64,000 bases of DNA from an uncultured Ruminococcus sp. GTDB taxonomy: Bacteria; Bacillota; Clostridia; Oscillospirales; CAG-272. How positions within the stretch are numbered: position 1 is the stretch's first letter; every line of letters begins with the position of its first letter. The notes below the pieces were generated by a model that was given only the letters and a program-made list of their open reading frames with translations, was not told where the DNA came from and did no database searches. Made by a program: the position numbers and the translations under genes. Shown piece after piece: positions 49,728-60,376 of the stretch. The stretch lies in contig CACYWW010000001.1 in the NCBI GenBank assembly GCA_902778145.1, positions 28,700 through 92,699 on the forward strand, written 5' to 3'.

Positions 49728-51052
49728 TATTTCCTGACCTCGCTCACAGTCTCTTTAAGTATCCTGCACACGTACTCCACGTCTTCATCGCTCAGTAATG
49801 TATGGAACGGCAGCGAGATCAGGTTATGATAGTAATCATAAGAGTTAGGATACGCACTGCAGTCCTTTCCGTAAGCCGTCATCATCGGCAGAGGTTTATA
49901 GTGAACATTCGTCGCCACACCGTGTTCTGCCATTTTCATGATGATATCATTGCGTTCTGATTCGCTGATGCCGGGCACGCGGATAAGGTACAGATGATTT
50001 GAGCTGTCCATGTACTCCGTATGATGCAGCATATGACCGATGCCAAGCCCGGCACACACGGCGTCATACTTTTTCATTATTTCAGCCCGGCGCTCAAGCA
50101 AGCCGCGGTACCGATCCAGCTGACGCAGACCTATGGCTGCCATGATATCCGTCATGTTGCATTTATACCAGGGGCCGATAACGTCATATTCCCAGGAGCC
50201 GATCTTTGTTTTTGTCAAAGCATCTTTATTCTGTCCGTGCAGCGACAGAAGCTGATACATCTTATAGATCTCCGCATCATCTATCCCCTTGAGCTGAAGC
50301 CAGGCGGACGCTCCGCCTTCGGCGGTGGTGAAATTTTTGACCGCGTGGAAGGAAAAAGACGTAAAATCAGCTATCGCGCCGCAGTATCTTCTCTTCCCGC
50401 GAAAATCACGCGACGCACCCAGACTGTGTGCGCAGTCGGCTACAACAGCCACACGGCCGACGGCGCGCTGCACACGGGCGGAAAGATCTCCCAGCGGGGT
50501 ACCGTCACTCTCAACGGGGGTGAACATAGACTTTTTACTCTCTGCGATCTCAAAGATCCGGTCGTAATTACAAACTATACCTCCAAGGTCAACGGCTATG
50601 ATCGCCTTGGTTTTGGGAGTGATCGCCGACGCCATTGCATCGTAGTCCATTTCCGGCATGTGCGTGACGGGATCTCCGTCTTTCCGGATATCTACGAATC
50701 TGACCGTCGCGCCGCAGTGGACAGCGGCGGAAGCGGAAGCGGTATATGTATAGGCCGGAACGATGACTTCGTCCCCCTCTCTGACCCCGAGGATCCTCAG
50801 ATTCAGTTCTTCCGCGGCAGTTGCCGAGTTGAGGCAGACCACGCGGTTGCTGTAATACTCTTTATTCTCTTCGGTATTTATATCAGTCCTGCCCGTTTCG
50901 ATATAAGCGGCAAGACGTCTTTCCAAAAGTTTTGTCCGAGGCCCGGTGGTTATCCACCCGGACTTCAACGTATCGCATACTTCAGCGATCTCGGCGTCCG
51001 AAATATCCGGAGGGCTGAAGCTTATAGTGCGCTTTTCCGTGCTTTTTTCCAT
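49727..51052 (-). CDS. DegT/DnrJ/EryC1/StrS aminotransferase
   Basis: SGWITTGP; ADCAHS; SFSFHAVKNFTTAEGG; KCNMTD. Confidence 0.93.
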   Translation of the reverse strand: MEKSTEKRTISFSPPDISDAEIAEVCDTLKSGWITTGPRTKLLERRLAAYIETGRTDINTEENKEYYSNRVVCLNSATAAEELNLRILGVREGDEVIVPAYTYTASASAAVHCGATVRFVDIRKDGDPVTHMPEMDYDAMASAITPKTKAIIAVDLGGIVCNYDRIFEIAESKKSMFTPVESDGTPLGDLSARVQRAVGRVAVVADCAHSLGASRDFRGKRRYCGAIADFTSFSFHAVKNFTTAEGGASAWLQLKGIDDAEIYKMYQLLSLHGQNKDALTKTKIGSWEYDVIGPWYKCNMTDIMAAIGLRQLDRYRGLLERRAEIMKKYDAVCAGLGIGHMLHHTEYMDSSNHLYLIRVPGISESERNDIIMKMAEHGVATNVHYKPLPMMTAYGKDCSAYPNSYDYYHNLISLPFHTLLSDEDVEYVCRILKETVSEVRK

Positions 51053-51217
51053 TCAATTCTCCGATACAAGCATTTACAACTCAGACCGTGCCGCTTTGTC
51101 AGGCGGCGTCCGGGAGATCCGTTTACGGCAGCAGAATTCAAATGCATATATTTTTACTTAGGATATCATATTAAAAGATGTTTTTCAAGCGCAATATGTT
51201 AATAAAGTATGCGAGAT

Positions 51218-51243
51218 AAAAAAAGTGCCCCCTTGAGGGGCGC
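51218..51243 (-). terminator. Intrinsic terminator
   Basis: GCGCCCC-TCAAG-GGGGCAC followed by T7. Confidence 0.7.
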
Positions 51244-51250
51244 TATTGAT

Positions 51251-51784
51251 TTATTTGCTTTTCATATAGCAGAAGCCGTCTCTTTTCGGTGCGGACGGGG
51301 CGCGCGCTTCCGTGAGTTTTGCGACGCGCTGCCATGTTTCCTCTGTGAACAGCTCCGTCTTCGCTTTGATCTTTTTGTCGTTCGCTCCGTAGAAAAGCTG
51401 GACGACCGGTGTGAAATCGATGAACTGTCCGCTCCGCTTTTCGCCGGGATCGATATCCGTCGCGGGATCTCCGTAGCCGAAGGGCGTATACGTGCACGCG
51501 GTCGTCAGGCGGTCGCCGCGTGACAGCTCATATTTATCCGTCAGCTCGTCCGGGAATTCCAGAAACAGCACAGCGTCAAGCTCGTCGGAATACGCCGAGA
51601 CGACGAGCGGCTTTGCCGAATAGACTATCGCCGGCTGTGTGTCTCCGAATTTCAGTATTTCCGCAAGCGAGCTCATCATCATATCGTAATGAAATCTCTG
51701 CGAAAACTCGGTACAGATAAGCTTCCTTACCCCGTAGAATTTCCTGTATGATACGCGCAGCTTGCTCTGATTCTCAGCACTCAT
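51251..51784 (-). CDS. Hypothetical protein
   Basis: 177 aa with GGAGG RBS, its own promoter and terminator. Confidence 0.75.
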   Translation of the reverse strand: MSAENQSKLRVSYRKFYGVRKLICTEFSQRFHYDMMMSSLAEILKFGDTQPAIVYSAKPLVVSAYSDELDAVLFLEFPDELTDKYELSRGDRLTTACTYTPFGYGDPATDIDPGEKRSGQFIDFTPVVQLFYGANDKKIKAKTELFTEETWQRVAKLTEARAPSAPKRDGFCYMKSK

Positions 51785-51810
51785 TGTCAGGTCCTCCGTT
51801 TTTTGTTGTC

Positions 51811-51839
51811 ATTATACCACGGTGCGCCGGGAAAGTCAA
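51811..51839 (-). promoter_or_regulatory. SigA promoter
   Basis: TTGACT-17-TATAAT with extended TG. Confidence 0.7.
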
Positions 51840-51859
51840 CGGGCGCGACCGTTTTTTTG

Positions 51860-54634
51860 CTAACCGTTCTGCTTTTTCCGTTTTATCAGCGTAGGCAGAG
51901 CTATTACGGCGAACAGGCAGCATCCGGCGACGGCGCCCGCCGCGATGATCGACGCTTTGAGCGCGGCGGAGTAACGCAGCACGACGTGCTTCACCGCAGT
52001 CCTGCCCGCGTTCCCGGCGTTGTCCTGGGCCGTCGTTCTGAGCGGCGTCATCTCGTCCTCCTCCGGCATGCGGTTCCCGTTTGCATCGAGCAGGATGTAT
52101 CCGGCAAGCTGTCCGTCAGCCTCTCCTTCGAAAACGTAAAGATACGCGAATCTCCCGTCAGGCGCCGCGTCTCCGAGGTCGTCGAACTCCATGATATTGC
52201 CCGAAAGCGTGGAATTGTCAGCCCATTTGAATCTGAGTGCGTTTGCCGTACCCTCGATACCGGCGACCTTTTTCGACAGCCGTATCACCATATCCCTGCC
52301 GTCGAGCGTATAAAGCGCTTTTCCGATCTGCTCGCCGTCCCAGCCGTTTCCAAGCGACTCAACTGAAACGTAGTGACCGTCACGCGCGCGGTTAAGGAGC
52401 AGATCAAATCCCTCCCAGCCTGTCGACGGGTCGTTGTCGATGTCTATGAACAGGTTCATCCAGTTCCTCCCGCCGTCCGTAACGATATTCCTTGCGGTCG
52501 ATACCGTAAAATACAGACAGTCCGCGTCCTGACTGACTTTTGCGCCCGTGATGTCGTTTCTTCCGGTGTTGTTGACGTAGTTGTGATCCGTGAAATAGCC
52601 CTCTTCGCTTCGCCACGCCGTATCTCCGACGTTGTCTCCGTATAAAGGTCCCACGCTCTCCCACGCGGTCTTGTCAGTGAGATCGATCGCAGCCTGACCG
52701 GTCGCCTTTGATACGGCGCCGGTGCCTTTATACGTACGCATGTATCCGGCTATCTGATAATAGTAGTTGTCGCCGAAGCCGACGCCGTCGCCCGTACGCA
52801 TACGCATCGGCTCCGCATCGCGAGAATACTCCGTATTGAACTGATCCACGAATTTGAAGCCGAGCGAGGGCGAGCCGGCGAACGTATCTCCCTCCGGTTC
52901 GTGTGAAAGACCCGCTGTCCATTCGTTCCAGCCTGTGATGAGTATCAGATCCGGATCGAAATACATGATCGCGTCGAACTGAGATGCAAGACCCGTCCCC
53001 GCGCCCGAATCGAGCGAAAACCCAAGATCGTCTCCGACCTTCGGGAATTTCGCGTTCGCGTACGAACGGCCCTTCGACGTTGTGGGATGATGACCGACGC
53101 AGAGCGCGAGCTCTTCAAAAACACCGTTTTCGTCCCGTCCTTTTCCGCCGTTGATCATCAAATATTTCGAGCCGCTCTTCCTGTACTCCTGAAGCCAGTT
53201 CCAGCCGCCGTCCTCATCGCGCCACGCCCAGCAGTCGCGGACGGTGAACTTTTCGCGGCACCATCTGCCGAGCTCGCTGTCGTCGTCTCCGACGCCTGCC
53301 ATAAGCAGTGGCTTCCCCTTATAGTTATAAAACAGCTCTCCGTATTTTTCAAAGCCCTCGTCCGAATACACGGATCCGCGCAGAGCTCCCATGACGGCAT
53401 CGTACTTGCCGGCGCAGAACACGCATATATACGGCGTCTCGCCGCCCTCGCGGCGGATCTGCAGCCACGTGTCGAGCAGCAGCTTCAGCGCGTCGGGATA
53501 ATAAGCTCCGTTCGTGAAATCGAGGAATATGAAATCTATCCCCGCCGCGTTGAGCTGATACGCGTGCTTCCGGATGACCCAGGCGTCGGCGCTTCTGTAA
53601 TATCCGAAATAAGGCTCCGCCCAGAAATATCCTCCGCCCCGCTTCGGATCCGAAAGATGCTCCTTCAGCCCGTCGAGCCCGTATTCGGTATAGATACGCG
53701 TATTGTCCTGAAGGAATTCGGTATCCTCTCCGCCGCGGCTGAGAAAATAGAACATTCCTGTCTGCTTGCCAGGGCGAAGCTCCACGCCGGTCGGCGTCGT
53801 CCTTCCGAGATCGTCGGTGGCGATCCAGGTGGTGTAGTCTATCGGATACCCCTGAACGGGCGGCGGCTCTGTCGTGACTTCCTTGTGTTCAAAACAAAAA
53901 TCGTCGACGTATCCGTCAAGCCCGTCCGCGTAAAGCGTACAAAATCCCGCCGCCCGGACGTCTGTCGCGTTTTTTTCCATGAGCGTTGCGCCGGACGCGT
54001 CCGCGACGCGCAGTGCGCCGGCGGCGCCCCCGTAAAACACCGTGCACACGGGCGCGCCGTCCGTATAAAGCTCTATCCTGTCCGCTTTGTCGGATACGGT
54101 GATCACGGCGTCGGATACAGCCGCGGCGACGCTCACCGAAAGCTTCGACTCCGGCTCCGTCACGGTGATCCCCGACGTATCGAACGTGAACCAGACGCCG
54201 CGGTGCTTGTTGTCCGCGGCTTTTTTCGACAGTCTCACGCCCGCCGACAGCGCGCCGCCCTTCAGGCTCATCCTGAACGACATATCGCCGCCGTAAAGTC
54301 CGTAATCGTCACCGAGAAAGCCGGACGAACCGAACGAAAACGTCTTGCCCGGGACGCACGACAGGGTCTGTCCGTCAAACGTCATACCGGTCCTCAGGCT
54401 CGCGGTGGAAAGCGCCGCGTCTGTCGAATAATTCTGTATATCCGTTTTTGAGAAATCGTACTTATATGTGACGGACGACACAGCCACGCCCTCGCGATCC
54501 CTTATGCCGTCATTTATCTGCGTATACGGCAGCGTTTTTTCGCCTTCGGCGGAAGCCGCGACCGGCACGAGCGATACTGTCATCGCGGCGAGCAGGACTG
54601 CCGCTGCCGCTCTCAATGCTCCGATTCTTCTCAT
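51860..54634 (-). CDS. Secreted, C-terminally anchored glycoside hydrolase-like protein (GH99/71-like barrel)
   Basis: Signal peptide; ATDDLGR..FWAEPYFGYY..AGIDFIFLD..ITGWNEW..EYSRDAEP; C-terminal TM plus KRKK. Confidence 0.7.
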   Translation of the reverse strand: MRRIGALRAAAAVLLAAMTVSLVPVAASAEGEKTLPYTQINDGIRDREGVAVSSVTYKYDFSKTDIQNYSTDAALSTASLRTGMTFDGQTLSCVPGKTFSFGSSGFLGDDYGLYGGDMSFRMSLKGGALSAGVRLSKKAADNKHRGVWFTFDTSGITVTEPESKLSVSVAAAVSDAVITVSDKADRIELYTDGAPVCTVFYGGAAGALRVADASGATLMEKNATDVRAAGFCTLYADGLDGYVDDFCFEHKEVTTEPPPVQGYPIDYTTWIATDDLGRTTPTGVELRPGKQTGMFYFLSRGGEDTEFLQDNTRIYTEYGLDGLKEHLSDPKRGGGYFWAEPYFGYYRSADAWVIRKHAYQLNAAGIDFIFLDFTNGAYYPDALKLLLDTWLQIRREGGETPYICVFCAGKYDAVMGALRGSVYSDEGFEKYGELFYNYKGKPLLMAGVGDDDSELGRWCREKFTVRDCWAWRDEDGGWNWLQEYRKSGSKYLMINGGKGRDENGVFEELALCVGHHPTTSKGRSYANAKFPKVGDDLGFSLDSGAGTGLASQFDAIMYFDPDLILITGWNEWTAGLSHEPEGDTFAGSPSLGFKFVDQFNTEYSRDAEPMRMRTGDGVGFGDNYYYQIAGYMRTYKGTGAVSKATGQAAIDLTDKTAWESVGPLYGDNVGDTAWRSEEGYFTDHNYVNNTGRNDITGAKVSQDADCLYFTVSTARNIVTDGGRNWMNLFIDIDNDPSTGWEGFDLLLNRARDGHYVSVESLGNGWDGEQIGKALYTLDGRDMVIRLSKKVAGIEGTANALRFKWADNSTLSGNIMEFDDLGDAAPDGRFAYLYVFEGEADGQLAGYILLDANGNRMPEEDEMTPLRTTAQDNAGNAGRTAVKHVVLRYSAALKASIIAAGAVAGCCLFAVIALPTLIKRKKQNG

Positions 54635-54641
54635 CGTCCGC

Positions 54642-55889
54642 TCACTTTCTGATCTTAACGGCGACTATGCCCGCCGCGGCGCCGATCATTGCGAGGATGG
54701 CGGCGATGATTATATAAACCGCGAGCGAATCGTCGACGGTTTTGTACACGGTCTCCTCCGCTTCTCCGGCGGTGCCGGTCGGGTCGGGCGCCGTCGCGCC
54801 GTCATCCGTTGGGGCGGTTTGCGCTTCGGTATACGGCTCGTCCGTTTCGGTAACTGCGTCCGTAACCGTCGTCTCGGGAACAAGCGGCGCGGCGGCGTTT
54901 TCCGCATCAATAAGCTTGTCGGCGTTTTCGACCAGCGCCCTGTCCTCATCCGACAGAGAATCGTACAGTTCTCTCGCCTCTTTTATCAGTCCGCAGACTT
55001 CCTCAACGTTCTTTTCCGTGATCTTCGACGGGATCTTATCTATCGTGAGGATCGTTTTATACGCGGCCGTCGTTTTCAGCACAATGTTGTCCACGGTCAT
55101 GTTCGCGACCCTTGTCGACCACGCGATGACCGACGCGTCGCTCTGCATCAGCGGATCCTTATACGCGCCGAGCTCGCCGCCCTTCGCGTCGTAAAGCACC
55201 GCAGTGCCGAAGCATTCCTCGGCGGAGGACTGATGATCCGGGTAGTGCTTCCCGGGATCCGAGAGCTTTATCCGGCAGATGAGCTCGCCGCCGCAGTAAA
55301 CGCTCACCGTCTCACAGTCGTCCCTGACACTGAGATCGTACGGATACGTGACGCCCGCGGGCAGCTCGAAATCGGTTATGTTGTTCTTCACGAAATTCGT
55401 CTTCTCAGAGCTTTCGTCGTACGTTTTTACGTTTATACCGATACTGTTCGCGTGCGGGTTTATGAAAAGTCCGGACAGCGCCGTAGACGTATCCTTGTCT
55501 CCGTCGCCCTCGTAATAAGCCGCGCCGGTCTTCGGCGCTCTCACGAGAAGGCCGCTCTGCACCTTGCCCTGAGCCTCGTGTACCGTCATCGAGAATTCGT
55601 ACTCCCCGACGATGGGCGTACCGATATAGATCTGCGTGAACACATGCGAATAAAGGCTCAGATTTCCGTTTTTATCTTCTTTTACGCAGATAACGCCGTC
55701 GCCTATCGAGTTGTAATCGCACACGAACAGCTCGGGCATCTTCGTCGAATTGACGTTCACGTCGTTCTCGTATTCCTCGAAATCCTCCTCGAACACGACG
55801 ACGAGTCTGTCGCCGCCGTCCGCCGCGGCGGTCGTCGCCGAAAACGCGGCAAAAAGCGCCGCCAGAAGTAAAGCCGTTATTCTTTTCAT
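54642..55889 (-). CDS. Secreted membrane-anchored protein (lectin-like domain plus Thr-rich stalk); start MKRITALL
   Basis: Signal peptide, beta-rich domain, helical repeat, C-terminal TM. Confidence 0.75.
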   Translation of the reverse strand: MKRITALLLAALFAAFSATTAAADGGDRLVVVFEEDFEEYENDVNVNSTKMPELFVCDYNSIGDGVICVKEDKNGNLSLYSHVFTQIYIGTPIVGEYEFSMTVHEAQGKVQSGLLVRAPKTGAAYYEGDGDKDTSTALSGLFINPHANSIGINVKTYDESSEKTNFVKNNITDFELPAGVTYPYDLSVRDDCETVSVYCGGELICRIKLSDPGKHYPDHQSSAEECFGTAVLYDAKGGELGAYKDPLMQSDASVIAWSTRVANMTVDNIVLKTTAAYKTILTIDKIPSKITEKNVEEVCGLIKEARELYDSLSDEDRALVENADKLIDAENAAAPLVPETTVTDAVTETDEPYTEAQTAPTDDGATAPDPTGTAGEAEETVYKTVDDSLAVYIIIAAILAMIGAAAGIVAVKIRK

Positions 55890-55900
55890 ATCGTTCTCCC

Positions 55901-56062
55901 GGATTGGTTGCTTTTTTTGTAAGAGGGTAACGCAGCAACCGTATGCATTACCGACTTGTTTCCCTCCGGCACGTATTTTACCGTCTGTTCTTTCATTTCC
56001 GGACTGCATTTCACTTTTCCCATTTCCGTGATATCCTCCTTCTCTCATCTAATGCATATGAT
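55901..56062. repeat. ~161-bp direct repeat, copy 1
   Basis: Matches 61511-61671 except for one extra T and one substitution. Confidence 0.95.
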
Positions 56063-56202
56063 CGTACCGGTCCATCAATTGCAGTACGTTGAATCATAAA
56101 AATCTCACCTCCTTCACTTCTGTTTCAGGCGCCTTCATTCATTAAGACGATAATGCTGACAACAAGTGCAGGCTTTTTTGAAAAATTTTCTATTTTTTTA
56201 CT

Positions 56203-57057
56203 TCAGTTTGCAAACACGCGGATATACTCGTCCTCAAGCGTCGGTGCTTCGGGCTTTGCGTTATCGGTAGGCTTTGTATAAGACAGCACGCGGAGATTCA
56301 CGTCCGCGCCGTCGCTTTGAATGTTTATGACCTTGTATCTGTTCTGATATGCCGTGACTTCGTCCGCGCCGCAGCGTATGCTCCATACGTCCCCCGCGGC
56401 TTTTTTCGCAAGCTCCGACGGCGCGCCGCAGTCGGTAATGACGCCTTTTTTCAAAAATATCGCCGTCTTTGCGATATATTCTATATCCGACACGACGTGC
56501 GTGGCGATTATGACGATCTTATTAAACGATATCCTTGATATATAGTTTCTTATCGCTATTCTTTGTTTCGGGTCGAGCCCCGCCGTAGGCTCGTCAAGGA
56601 GCAGTATTTTCGGGTCTCCGATCACGGCTTGCGCTAACGCGAGCCTCTGTTTCATACCGCCGGAGAAAGTGGACGTTTTCATACTTCGCACGTCGTCAAG
56701 CTCGACCTCTCGCAAAACCTCCGTTATCTGCTCCACCGGATCTTTCACTCCTTTTAACGCGGCGATATAGTACAGATACTCCTCCGCCGTGAACTGCAGG
56801 TAAATTCCCGGGTACTGCGGCATATATCCGAGTAAGGACAGATATTCCATACCCATTTTCGATATGTCTTTACCGTTGTACGTTATGACGCCGGAGTCCT
56901 TTTTCAGATTCCCGGTAATTATGTTCATCAGAGTCGATTTTCCTGATCCGTTAGGACCGAGCAGCGCGTAAACGCCCGGCGAAAACGACAGTGTAAAACC
57001 TGATAACGCCTTGTTTTGCTTATAGCTTTTGCTCACGTTATTTATCGAAAGTTCCAT
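56203..57057 (-). CDS. ABC transporter ATP-binding protein
   Basis: GPNGSGKS; FSGGMKQR; LLLDEPTAGLD. Confidence 0.93.
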   Translation of the reverse strand: MELSINNVSKSYKQNKALSGFTLSFSPGVYALLGPNGSGKSTLMNIITGNLKKDSGVITYNGKDISKMGMEYLSLLGYMPQYPGIYLQFTAEEYLYYIAALKGVKDPVEQITEVLREVELDDVRSMKTSTFSGGMKQRLALAQAVIGDPKILLLDEPTAGLDPKQRIAIRNYISRISFNKIVIIATHVVSDIEYIAKTAIFLKKGVITDCGAPSELAKKAAGDVWSIRCGADEVTAYQNRYKVINIQSDGADVNLRVLSYTKPTDNAKPEAPTLEDEYIRVFAN

Positions 57058-59123
57058 TTTATCACCTTCCTTATAAACGGTATGAATAAGATGCACGGAA
57101 TAACGACGCAGATCAGGATCGATACGGCGACCGCGCCGGGGGATGAGAACAGCTGCATGAACCCGCTTCCGTCAAGCAGAAGCGACGGCTCGACGCAGCG
57201 CGCCGCCTTGTTCTCCGCGTTTTTCAGTAAGAATATAGGTATAACGTAAATCCACGCCGTCGCCGCCATTGCGGTTATATGATTTTTGATAAGTGACGAT
57301 ATACCGCAGCAGAACAGGCAAAGCAGCACGACTCCGATAAATCTCAAAATGAACATGAGCGCGACGTACCGGCCGAGCGACATTCCGCCGCACGCTTCAA
57401 ATCCCGGCACGGCGTACGTGTCAGCGTAAGGCAGCGCCATTCCGAATTTGAAAAGTATCGGCAGAAACGTTATGAGAGTAAACGCGGCGTACAGCGCGCC
57501 GGAGACGGTCATAAGCGCGGCGAATTTTATCCACGGCAGTTTTCCGCGTCCTTTTTTCGTTGTGGTCATAACGCTTTCCGTGTTGTTCACGCGGTCGTAC
57601 GTTGCAAGATACGTGCAGAGGAACACGGCGGACAAGATCAGAAATATATCCGCGCCGGACTCAAAGAACCGTCTATACCCGCCTTCAAACAGTATTGGCG
57701 TGTCTTTGTCTTGCTCGTGCAGTTCAATGAGCCTTTCATATTTTTCGCGAAAAAGTCTGAAGCCCTCGTAATTCGCTATGTAATAGTCTGCCGCCTGAAC
57801 CGGATTGTCGATACCTTCGACCGGTCTGCCGTAACGCATTGCGGAATAAGCTTCAAAGCCGTCGTTTATCTTCTTTTGCTCCGCGTTGTATTCGTCCTCT
57901 ATTTCATAACAGTATCTGCCCTGCCAGCGCTCACAGTATTTTTTATATACCTGTTCCGGATACGGAAACGCTCTGACGGATATTACCGACACAATCGCGC
58001 CGGCGATAAGCGTTAAGGCGATAACGGCGACGCAAAGCTTGCTTTTGAATATCTTTCTGAATTCATACGCGAAAAGCCCGTGCGGCTTTGCCTGCTTGAT
58101 TTTCCGTTTGCGCTTGAATTTCAGTTTCGGCAGTTTTATCGTAACGGACGCGCGGTTAAGATGAAGCTCAAAGAACACGGCGCCGAAAAACACAATAAGC
58201 AAAAGCGGCAGAACGATATTTACGACGTAAGCTGGTATCGCAAAGCCGAACACGTTTATACACCGCAGCTCGCCGAATATATTTGACGGTCTTATCGAGG
58301 CAAACAGATTGCAGTTGCGCAAAAACGCGTTTTTGTTTATATACGATCTGTTATTCAACATATACGAGCCGTACATAAACACCGCCGAGACGGCAGCTGC
58401 CAGTGCTCCGCTGTTGAAAAGGTACGATACGCCGCCCGCAAAGAATGCGAGCGCGATACATACCGGTATCTTATACAGCACGGATACGAGCACTGCTGAT
58501 AATACGCTTATCTCGTTCGGCGCGTAGATAAACGCCTTCAGATCCTGAAGTCTCGCTCCGCCGCCCGTAAAATCGACGAACCCGCCGCGAACGAAAACGC
58601 CGGTGAATGAAGACAAACAGAACAGCAAAACAAGCACGGTCGTCGTTATCGCGCACGCGGTCAGCTTTACCGCCGCGTATCCGCGCCGCCCGTGTTTATA
58701 CGCGTACAGCGTCTGCATCTCGCCCGTTTCCTTTTCGCGCCGGAACGTGAATGCGGCGCAGAATGCGCAGCAGGACAAAAGGAACAGATCGACGTAGATA
58801 TACGACAGATACTGACCGTACCCCGTAACCGCCTCCGGCTCTTTGTCTGTCCGCAGCTTGGAGTATTTGTCCGCTATCATTTTGTAATATCGCGCCGTAA
58901 ACCCGTTCTTGCCTTCTTCCGCACCGTATCTGCTCTCCGCGTCTTTTATTACGGCGGCGACGCCCTGCGCGTAATACTCCGTCTTCGCGTCGTTTTCCAC
59001 ATCGCACAGCCTGTACGCCGCCACCATATTGGCAGTAAGCAGAACAACGGAAACGATGATTATCATCCTGTTCCGCAAGAGCTTTAAAAGCTCGAATTTA
59101 AGATTCCGACCAAAGTCTTGCAT
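57042..59123 (-). CDS. ABC transporter permease (two fused halves)
   Basis: Two repeats of FE.xK plus TM clusters; overlaps the ATPase start. Confidence 0.82.
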   Translation of the reverse strand: MQDFGRNLKFELLKLLRNRMIIIVSVVLLTANMVAAYRLCDVENDAKTEYYAQGVAAVIKDAESRYGAEEGKNGFTARYYKMIADKYSKLRTDKEPEAVTGYGQYLSYIYVDLFLLSCCAFCAAFTFRREKETGEMQTLYAYKHGRRGYAAVKLTACAITTTVLVLLFCLSSFTGVFVRGGFVDFTGGGARLQDLKAFIYAPNEISVLSAVLVSVLYKIPVCIALAFFAGGVSYLFNSGALAAAVSAVFMYGSYMLNNRSYINKNAFLRNCNLFASIRPSNIFGELRCINVFGFAIPAYVVNIVLPLLLIVFFGAVFFELHLNRASVTIKLPKLKFKRKRKIKQAKPHGLFAYEFRKIFKSKLCVAVIALTLIAGAIVSVISVRAFPYPEQVYKKYCERWQGRYCYEIEDEYNAEQKKINDGFEAYSAMRYGRPVEGIDNPVQAADYYIANYEGFRLFREKYERLIELHEQDKDTPILFEGGYRRFFESGADIFLILSAVFLCTYLATYDRVNNTESVMTTTKKGRGKLPWIKFAALMTVSGALYAAFTLITFLPILFKFGMALPYADTYAVPGFEACGGMSLGRYVALMFILRFIGVVLLCLFCCGISSLIKNHITAMAATAWIYVIPIFLLKNAENKAARCVEPSLLLDGSGFMQLFSSPGAVAVSILICVVIPCILFIPFIRKVIKWNFR

Positions 59124-60249
59124 ATCTCTCCTGCAAATTCTCCGTAACTATGAATTCTCCGGTTTTAATATTTACGATCATAAGCACAGCAACATTACCT
59201 TTTCCTTCCACCAGATGATTCACAAATATACCAATATAGTTCCTGCTTATTAACCCGTTTTGTGCATCCCCCATTTCCCATATCAATTCATCGCAGTGGA
59301 ATAGCAAACGGTTATCGGATCCATCCGGATTCATTATATATACGTCTCCGTTATACGGGTCTTTGAATTCTTTTCCGAGTTCGTCAATGATCGCAACCCG
59401 ACGTTCATCCTCCGGCACAACTTTTGTATAAACGATCTTATCTTCTGCATAAGTAACCTGACCTATATTCTCGGCTAACACTTTTTTTTCGGTCTCGCCC
59501 GCAAGTGTCACATAAAGTATGGAACTGATACTTCCTTCTCCCCTTTCAACGTATTCAACAGAGTAATGATTCCCATATTTATAATCTATATCGTATTCTT
59601 TTACTTCATTTCCTGCTAAATCCGTAAAAATATAATCTTGTGTAAGAATAGAATACCACATCATCCGGTCATTCATTATCCAGTTTAGTTTACAGCTGGT
59701 TTCAGTGTTTTTGCCTTTATACTCTTCCATTTCGCCGGTTGCCGTGTCATACCAAAAACATCTGCTTTCCGCTTTATAGCGGTCTCCAGTTATTTCTTTG
59801 ATGAAAAGCTTTTTATCATACGACCACACATCTCGTATTATACCTTCCGATTCGTATAACAGTTTTGTTTCTGCGGTATCTATGTCAAACGCATAAAGGG
59901 AATTGCTGCCGGTGCTTTGTTCGTCATTTGCGTAATACACCATATTTTCAATAAAATCAAAGCTATGCGACAGCATACCGACACCAGCGAACTGGCAGTC
60001 TTCTTCATGACGGCAGAATGGATCGGGGCAAAGAAACGACATTTCACCGTTATGTACGTTATATTTGATCAAAGTCCCGTCGTTCCCGTCGGAGATGACA
60101 ATATAATCCTTCCATATTTTTCCGTAATTGCATGTTTTCAGCCCGTCTGCCGTGGCGTCCGTTTCCGTATCCGTTCCGGTTGTGTTATTACACGAAAACA
60201 GGGCAAAAACTGTGATCGCTGCAAGAAAGACCGATATTATCTTTTTCAT
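59098..60249 (-). CDS. Lipoprotein, beta-propeller-like (paralog B)
   Basis: Lipobox LFSC; CPDPFCxH motif; INIKTGEF-type C-terminus. Confidence 0.82.
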   Translation of the reverse strand: MKKIISVFLAAITVFALFSCNNTTGTDTETDATADGLKTCNYGKIWKDYIVISDGNDGTLIKYNVHNGEMSFLCPDPFCRHEEDCQFAGVGMLSHSFDFIENMVYYANDEQSTGSNSLYAFDIDTAETKLLYESEGIIRDVWSYDKKLFIKEITGDRYKAESRCFWYDTATGEMEEYKGKNTETSCKLNWIMNDRMMWYSILTQDYIFTDLAGNEVKEYDIDYKYGNHYSVEYVERGEGSISSILYVTLAGETEKKVLAENIGQVTYAEDKIVYTKVVPEDERRVAIIDELGKEFKDPYNGDVYIMNPDGSDNRLLFHCDELIWEMGDAQNGLISRNYIGIFVNHLVEGKGNVAVLMIVNIKTGEFIVTENLQERYARLWSES

Positions 60250-60250
60250 C

Positions 60251-60376
60251 TTATTTATCCTCCCATACCGGTTTTGATAAAACGTACTCGCCGGTGTTTA
60301 TATCCACCGTCATGATACGGCCGGAATACTCTCCGCCGTCTTTGTCGAACCAGTAAAGCTCTATAGTATCATTCAT
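60251..60376 (-). pseudogene. C-terminal stub of a third lipoprotein paralog
   Basis: MNDTIELYWFDKDGGEYSGRIMTVDINTGEYVLSKPVWEDK resembles both neighbours' C-termini. Confidence 0.6.

Noticed and set aside
50021-55871. Plus-strand ORFs of 393, 454 and 467 aa
   Set aside because: Antisense to well-supported GC-rich genes; composition not protein-like.
55890-56048. N-terminal extensions of the 468-aa and 392-aa ORF calls (also 61494-61547)
   Set aside because: They are read from the repeat; signal peptides and RBSs place the starts at 55889 and 61493.
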